The notes beneath the pieces are model-generated. The model saw nothing but the letters and a program-made list of their open reading frames with translations. It ran no database searches and was not told the DNA's origin. DNA of 63,974 nucleotides, the filler included, from an uncultured bacterium (lineage in GTDB: Bacteria; Latescibacterota; UBA2968), in NCBI GenBank assembly GCA_964471275.1. It is 11 parts of 11 records of this genome, joined end to end, with 100 filler letters (N's around TTAATTAATTAA, not from the genome) between each part and the next. Parts side by side here need not be neighbours in the genome. Positions count along the whole stretch, not along the records: positions 55,409 to 61,272 come from CAYYGZ010000266.1; positions 61,373 to 63,974 come from CAYYGZ010000368.1; 9 more parts are not named here. One strand, given 5' to 3'. Every line of letters starts with the position of its first letter. Position 1 is the stretch's first letter. The translations under genes and the position numbers were made by a program. Below, piece after piece: positions 58,798 through 63,974 of the stretch.

Positions 58798-59727
58798 ATG
58801 ACACACCCCCCAAGGATCTACCTCGTGCGCATGATCCACTGGTTGGCATTCTTGATCTGTCTGTCGCCTCTGAGGGCGCAGGAGACGATATCCTTTGACC
58901 TCAAGGAATTCGGCGGGGGGACCGCAGAGCACCAACACCGCTTTTCCGCCTATCTGACCAGCGATCGGGGTGAGGAGTTGACGTTCCCGGGAGGCGAGGT
59001 CGAGGTCGAAATACTGGGAAGCTGGAAGTCTGTCGAGACCAGAGCGGTCAGCGACAGCGGGCAGGTATCCAGCCGGACCGTCATCAAGGATGCAGACAGC
59101 TGGGCAAAACAGAGCGGGTGCAAGCTCACGTTCGAGCAGTATCCGTTCACGTTTGGCCAACTGAACGACCTTGCATTCAATTGGTCTCTGGATCGTAACA
59201 AGGGTGCCTATGAGCTGCTACCCGATTTCCGTGTCTACCAGATTCGGAAGCGCACTGACATCGTCAACGATTTGCAGCTGCTGTTGTGTTCTGCCATTCT
59301 ACCGGCTCTCCCAGATGGACCCGTTTCGGAAGGGGCGACCTGGGACGGGGAGTCTGAATTCGAACGCTCCTTCTTTCAGCTCGGCGCCAGGAGGAAGAAG
59401 TTTACGCTGAAAATCCGGTCACAATATAAACTCGTGAAGATCGTGAAGAAGGGCGAAAAACGGATCGCCGAGATCGAAGAGAAACGTGAATTTGACTACT
59501 CTGGATGGATGGAGACAGTTCCGTTCTCTGTTCTGGTCGAGGGGCCGGGAACAGGTACGGCCGAGTGGGAGATCGACGCGACGCTGGGTCTGGTGAGGCG
59601 CTGTGAGTACACGATGAACCTGAATCATCCGGTCCTGCAGCCCTACGGGGCCCCCGGCCCGATCTCGGGAACCGACTCCAACTTGAAAATCGTGTACGAC
59701 TCCAAGCTCAAGAAGCTACGACGTTAG
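58798..59727 (+). CDS. Hypothetical secreted beta-rich protein
   Basis: 309 aa; GGAGG RBS; signal peptide ending LRAQ; LPALPDGPVSEGATW segment. Confidence 0.65.
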   Translation: MTHPPRIYLVRMIHWLAFLICLSPLRAQETISFDLKEFGGGTAEHQHRFSAYLTSDRGEELTFPGGEVEVEILGSWKSVETRAVSDSGQVSSRTVIKDADSWAKQSGCKLTFEQYPFTFGQLNDLAFNWSLDRNKGAYELLPDFRVYQIRKRTDIVNDLQLLLCSAILPALPDGPVSEGATWDGESEFERSFFQLGARRKKFTLKIRSQYKLVKIVKKGEKRIAEIEEKREFDYSGWMETVPFSVLVEGPGTGTAEWEIDATLGLVRRCEYTMNLNHPVLQPYGAPGPISGTDSNLKIVYDSKLKKLRR

Positions 59728-59761
59728 GGCGGACGTCTGGACTCCGCTGTCTAATTCAGTG

Positions 59762-59790
59762 TTGACAGTGGATTGGCCGTCGCGTATATT
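59762..59790 (+). promoter_or_regulatory. Near-consensus sigma70 promoter with no downstream ORF
   Basis: TTGACA-17 nt-TATATT. Confidence 0.7.
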
Positions 59791-59796
59791 TTCCCG

Positions 59797-59989
59797 GGGC
59801 TATGGGATGGCCCAATTGGGATCCTCGGGCATGCTAGGGGTGGGATGGTCGAGGATCCCGTTTTCAATCTCAGGAACTCCGAATCTGATGGGGCGTCTAC
59901 TGCATGAGTAGGCGCCCTTTCCTTTGGTGGCCTGTCGTTGGGCATCCCTCCCGCCAACGGCGGAATCCTGGGAAAGGTTGTCTTTTTTT
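59797..59989 (+). ncRNA. Candidate small structured RNA
   Basis: Follows a strong promoter; four hairpins, U-tracts, no plus-strand ORF of 60 aa or more. Confidence 0.4.
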
Positions 59990-60000
59990 AGGCAGATTAA

Positions 60001-60058
60001 TCAATTTAAGTTAAATTGAAAATAAAGGGTTGACAGGTGCACGGACGAGTAGTATCTT
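60001..60058 (+). promoter_or_regulatory. Palindromic operator plus sigma70 promoter
   Basis: TCAATTTAA-G-TTAAATTGA (60001-60019), then TTGACA-17 nt-TATCTT (60030-60058). Confidence 0.7.
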
Positions 60059-60102
60059 TTTGTGCAGGTAGTTGAGCGCCCAATCTTCAGGAGGCAATCC
60101 CC

Positions 60103-60402
60103 ATGCTGGAAACAATGGTTGTAGACGCCGCGAACAATACGATTAGTGTAGAGAGTCTCAGCAAGGAGTTTGGTGAGGTGGTCGAGAGAATACAGAGCGA
60201 GGTCGCTGGGATTCTTGATCTGCTGAGCGACGGAGATTGGGCGGTGGTCGATCGTGCGGAGCGTGTTGTTGACGAATGTGCAGAGGATCTCAGGCTGGGC
60301 AGGGGCGATCGAACCGTATGGCTTCTTGCTCTGGAGTCGTACGAAAGTACGTGGTCTGACGTTCTTGACCGCGGCGGTCGGGAACACTGTCTGGCTGCAT
60401 AG
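60103..60402 (+). CDS. Small acidic hypothetical protein
   Basis: 99 aa; AGGAGG RBS; own promoter; 22 D/E vs 9 K/R. Confidence 0.7.
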   Translation: MLETMVVDAANNTISVESLSKEFGEVVERIQSEVAGILDLLSDGDWAVVDRAERVVDECAEDLRLGRGDRTVWLLALESYESTWSDVLDRGGREHCLAA

Positions 60403-60510
60403 CATTCTATGAATAGCAACCGTCGATAAGACAAGAGGGTTTGCTTCTTTTCGTCACAAATGGGGAGAGGGGGAAGGGGAGCAGGCCTGAGGGGGATCGA
60501 CGGTAGCCTA

Positions 60511-60540
60511 GGGTGGATGTCCGCCGGCGGACATCCACCC
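60511..60540. repeat. Perfect 30-bp palindrome
   Basis: GGGTGGATGTCCGCCGGCGGACATCCACCC. Confidence 0.85.
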
Positions 60541-60574
60541 TTACTGTTTCAGCCTCCGTGCGAAAAACGAGTAA

Positions 60575-60622
60575 AAGCAAGAAGGGGACGCGTCATCACA
60601 TCGACGCGTCCCCTTCTTGCTT
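60575..60622 (-). terminator. Terminator of hup (possibly bidirectional)
   Basis: AAGCAAGAAGGGGACGCGTC-loop-GACGCGTCCCCTTCTTGCTT. Confidence 0.8.
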
Positions 60623-60638
60623 GTCGCAGCTAATCAGC

Positions 60639-60911
60639 CTAGGCCTTGAAGGCCTTGAGCTTTGCGCCTGCCTTGAACTTCGGCACCTTGGCGGCTTTGA
60701 TCTTGATGGCTTTGCCGGTCTGCGGGTTACGACCCATCCGCGCCTTGCGCTTTGCGACCGAAAATGTCCCAAAGCCCACGAGTGTCACAGTACCGCCCTT
60801 CTTGAGGGCCTTCGTGATGTTCGCGATTGTCGCGTTAAGCGCCGCACCTGCATCCTTGCTTGTGAGTCCAGCATCGCTGGCGATAGCGGCAACCAATTCT
60901 CCCTTGTTCAT
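60639..60911 (-). CDS. hup: HU family DNA-binding protein
   Basis: MNKGELV..GFGTF..ARMGRNPQTG..PKFKAG. Confidence 0.96.
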   Translation of the reverse strand: MNKGELVAAIASDAGLTSKDAGAALNATIANITKALKKGGTVTLVGFGTFSVAKRKARMGRNPQTGKAIKIKAAKVPKFKAGAKLKAFKA

Positions 60912-61372
60912 GTCGTTTCACCTCCCCCCCTGATTATTTGCACAACAAGTGCAGAGTTGCCTGAGCACCGAACAACAACAGCGGGCAGGCTCCACCTTGA
61001 ATATGGCGGATTTTAGAACAAACGCGAATACGACCGGGTGTAACCGAGGGAGTGACTGGTAGATTCTGAATCTGGAGGAGAGAAAGACTATGTTACAACG
61101 AGAATATAGGCCCGCATAAAGTTCACGGACAAGAAAAAAGTCAGCAAATCCGCTGCGTGAGGGCGATTCTCCTGCTAGCTTCAGCTCGTGCGGGCCCTTA
61201 GAGGCTTGACACGTCGACTCGGTGGGCCTTATTGTGGCATTAGCACAAAATATGGTTTTGGTGTGTAGGATANNNNNNNNNNNNNNNNNNNNNNNNNNNN
61301 NNNNNNNNNNNNNNNNTTAATTAATTAANNNNNNNNNNNNNNNNNNNNNNNNNNNNNNNNNNNNNNNNNNNN

Positions 61373-62006
61373 GGCCGAAGTCGAACGTCTCCTGACCCGG
61401 AACCGGATCTGGATCGACCGAACAAAGGGTGTCGGCGTGATCTCTGCCGAGGACGCGATCGAGTGGAACATGACGGGGCCCATGCTCCGCGGGTCGGGCG
61501 TCGAATACGACGTCCGTAAGGCGGAACCTTACCTGAACTTTTCAGATTACGATTTCGACATTCCGGTGGGTGAGAACGGGGATACCTACGATCGGTATCT
61601 CGTCCGGATGGAAGAGCTGCGTCAGAGTATGCGGATCATCGAGCAGGCCGTGAACGATCTGCCTGGCGGACCCGTGAAGGTGGACGACTCGAAGGTGATC
61701 CTACCGGAGAAGAAGAATTTGGATTCCGGGATGGAGTCCCTTATTCACCATTTCAAAGTCATCATGGACGGTCACGGTCTGACGCCGCCGATCGGGGAGT
61801 CCTACCTGCCGACCGAGGCACCGAACGGCGAGCTTGGCTTCTACGTCGTCAGCAATGGCAGCGGGCACGCGCATCGGATGCGCGTCCGACCCCCTTCATT
61901 CATGAACTACCAGATCTTTTCGAAGATCGTCGAGGGTTCGATGATCTCTGACGCGGTGGCCATCCTCGGGAGCTTCAACGTCATCGCCGGCGAATTGGAT
62001 CGATAA
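61373..62006 (+). CDS. nuoD: NADH-quinone oxidoreductase subunit D (5' truncated)
   Basis: TGPMLRGSG, GDTYDRY, MESLIHHFK, EAPNGELG, RPPSF, GELDR. Confidence 0.95.
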
Positions 62007-62072
62007 ACCGTCCCTGCACCCGACTCCGAGCCGGAGCACGGGCGCGGAGGAGCAGGGTCGAGAAAAGCGAAT

Positions 62073-62552
62073 ATGGCAGCAGAGCTTACAGACGAAACCA
62101 GACAGAAGTGCGAAGCGATCATCAGCCGCTACCCGGGTGACTGGAAAGAGGCGGCGATTCTGCCCGTGCTGCACACCGTGCAGAAGGAATGGGGCTATGT
62201 ATCGCTGGAAGGTCTGAAGCTTGTGGCCGAGATGCTCGATATGCCGCCCGCACGAGCAGCCGGGGTGATGAGCTTCTACCCGATGTTTCACAAGGCACCG
62301 ATCGGAAAGCACCTGATCCAGGTGTGCGCGACGCTGTCCTGCTCGCTCACCGGTGCAAAGTCACTTGTGGATCATTTGAAGGAGAAGCTTCAGATCGATA
62401 TCGGGGGCACTTCAGCGGATGGCAAGTGGACGCTTGAAAAAGCAGAGTGCCTTGCCGCTTGCGAGGGTGGGCCGGCGATCCGTATCGATGAGAAACTGTA
62501 TCGCGGTGTCTCGCCGGAGAAGCTCGACGAATTGATGGCGCAGTACGACTGA
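62073..62552 (+). CDS. nuoE: NADH-quinone oxidoreductase subunit E
   Basis: SFYPMF, CATLSC..ECLAAC [2Fe-2S] ligands. Confidence 0.94.
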   Translation: MAAELTDETRQKCEAIISRYPGDWKEAAILPVLHTVQKEWGYVSLEGLKLVAEMLDMPPARAAGVMSFYPMFHKAPIGKHLIQVCATLSCSLTGAKSLVDHLKEKLQIDIGGTSADGKWTLEKAECLAACEGGPAIRIDEKLYRGVSPEKLDELMAQYD

Positions 62553-62565
62553 ACCAGGACCGAGA

Positions 62566-63857
62566 ATGCCGATCAAAGAGTGCAAAATCCTGACCGCCCA
62601 ACTCGATATCGAGAATATCTCGGATATCGAGGTATACAAGCAGCACGGCGGTTATCAGGCGATCGAAAAGGTCTTCAAGGGCATGACGCCGGACGATGTG
62701 ATCACTACCATCCAGGAATCGGCTCTCGCGGGGCGTGGAGGGGCGTGGTTCAACACGGGGATGAAGTGGAGCTTCATGCCCAAAGAGCCGGATGGTCCGT
62801 CGTATCTGTGCGTGAACTGTGATGAGAGCGAACCGGGGACGTTCAAGGATCGTCACCTGATCGGCAAGAATCCTCACCAGCTGCTCGAGGGCGTAATCAT
62901 CAGCGCGTTCGCGATTCGCGCATCCGCTGCGTATGTGTATGTCCGCGGCGAGATGTGGGAAGAAATGGTCGGGATGGAAGCCGCGATCGCGCAGGCGCGG
63001 GAAGCGAATCTGATCGGCAAGAATATCCTGGGATCGGGTGTCGATATCGAAGTCTACACACACCCTGGCGCCGGCGCCTACATCTGCGGTGAAGAGACTG
63101 GGCTGATGCAGTCGCTCGAAGGGAAGAGAGCGGAGCCACGTGTGAAACCACCTTTCCCTGCCGCGAAGGGGATCTTCAGTCGACCGACGACCATCAACAA
63201 CGTCCAGACGGTATCCTACGTTTCGCACATCATCAACAACGGGCCGGAGTGGTTCAAGTCGATGGGGAGCGAGCGCTACCCCGGGAGCTTCATTTTCTGT
63301 GTCAGCGGAGATGTGAAGACACCCGGGCTGTATGAACTCGAGATCGGGACGTGCACGCTGCGCGAGGTGATCGAGGAATGCGGGGGGGGGATTCGTGATG
63401 ACAACGAGATCAAAGCCGTCATTCCAGGTGGTTCATCGACACCGGTGATGACGCCTGACCAGCTCGATATCGTGATGAATCCGGAGCTCTGGGCAATCCC
63501 GGGCCGAGGCGAGTTCCAGGGGATGTTCGGGACGGGTGGCATCATCGTGATGGATGAGACGCGCTGCATGGTCGACGCCTGTTTGAACCTGATGACGTTT
63601 TACGCACACGAGTCCTGCGGTCAGTGCGCACCGTGNNNNNNNNNNACATCGTATGGCGGATCGAGCACGGTCAGGGCATGCCTGAAGATCTGGTGACGCT
63701 CGAGGATGTGTGCAACAGCGTGGCGCCGCTGCTGTCGCCGGCGATGTCGACGATATGCTTGTTCGGACCCTCGTGGTCCTACCCGATGCTCGGTTTCATG
63801 AAGTGCTTCCGAAGCGAGTTCGAGGAACACGTCCAGAACAAGGCCCAACACGGTTAA
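62566..63857 (+). CDS. nuoF: NADH-quinone oxidoreductase subunit F (N gap at 63636-63645)
   Basis: GRGGA, DESEPGTFKDR, GAGAYICGEETG, PGGSS, ESCGQC..TIC. Confidence 0.93.
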
Positions 63858-63866
63858 TTCGACATT

Positions 63867-63974
63867 ATGCCCAAGTTCACGCTAAACGGCCAAGAGATCG
63901 AGATCACGCCCGGACAGAACGTCCTGCAGACTGCGGAGGACCATGGTGTCCACATCCCGCACTACTGCTATCAC
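63867..63974 (+). CDS. nuoG: NADH-quinone oxidoreductase subunit G, N-terminus
   Basis: MPKFTLNGQEIE..IPHYCYH directly after nuoF. Confidence 0.85.
   Translation, partial: MPKFTLNGQEIEITPGQNVLQTAEDHGVHIPHYCYH

Noticed and set aside
6166..61372. TTAATTAATTAA recurring about every 6 kb as a periodic repeat or array
   Set aside because: Always embedded in N runs of fixed length. It is an artificial six-frame-stop linker between size-sorted contigs.
63624..63857. Frameshift in nuoF (and in gldG at 11243)
   Set aside because: The frame change coincides with 10-N scaffold gaps of arbitrary length.
1..63974. CRISPR array, cas genes, rRNA, prophage or defence island
   Set aside because: No regularly spaced direct repeats and no recognisable Cas, integrase, phage or rRNA sequence were seen.

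Overview
This window is not one locus. It is about 11 draft contigs of ~6 kb each, sorted by decreasing length and joined by artificial 100-nt N-TTAATTAATTAA-N spacers (6166-6265, 12390-12489, 18608-18707, 24804-24903, 30964-31063, 37092-37191, 43207-43306, 49313-49412, 55309-55408, 61273-61372), so gene adjacency across spacers is meaningless. The source is a GC-rich diderm bacterium. PorV-like and GldA/F/G-like genes, a T9SS-like C-terminal domain, dockerin/EF-hand-like tails and several polysaccharide lyases suggest an FCB-group lineage such as Ca. Latescibacterota (inference). Content: a TonB-dependent receptor operon; a DegP protease; a Gld-type ABC system; uronate-polysaccharide enzymes (two heparinase II/III-like lyases, GH88, DUF1080); a penta-heme cytochrome coupled to a BNR beta-propeller; folB-folK-dNK-panB-panC; bioA-bioD; nuoD-G; HU; RNase P RNA; tRNA-Val(CAC); tRNA-Glu(TTC); and several pseudogenes. 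No CRISPR array, rRNA or transposase was seen. Best leads: (i) the multiheme cytochrome/beta-propeller pair; (ii) the TBDR plus CTD-bearing partner operon, whose long leader contains a terminator; (iii) a ~330-bp MITE-like repeat present twice; (iv) a promoter-driven, hairpin-rich sRNA candidate next to an operator-controlled acidic orphan protein beside hup. All family calls come from motif recognition by eye, with no database searches.
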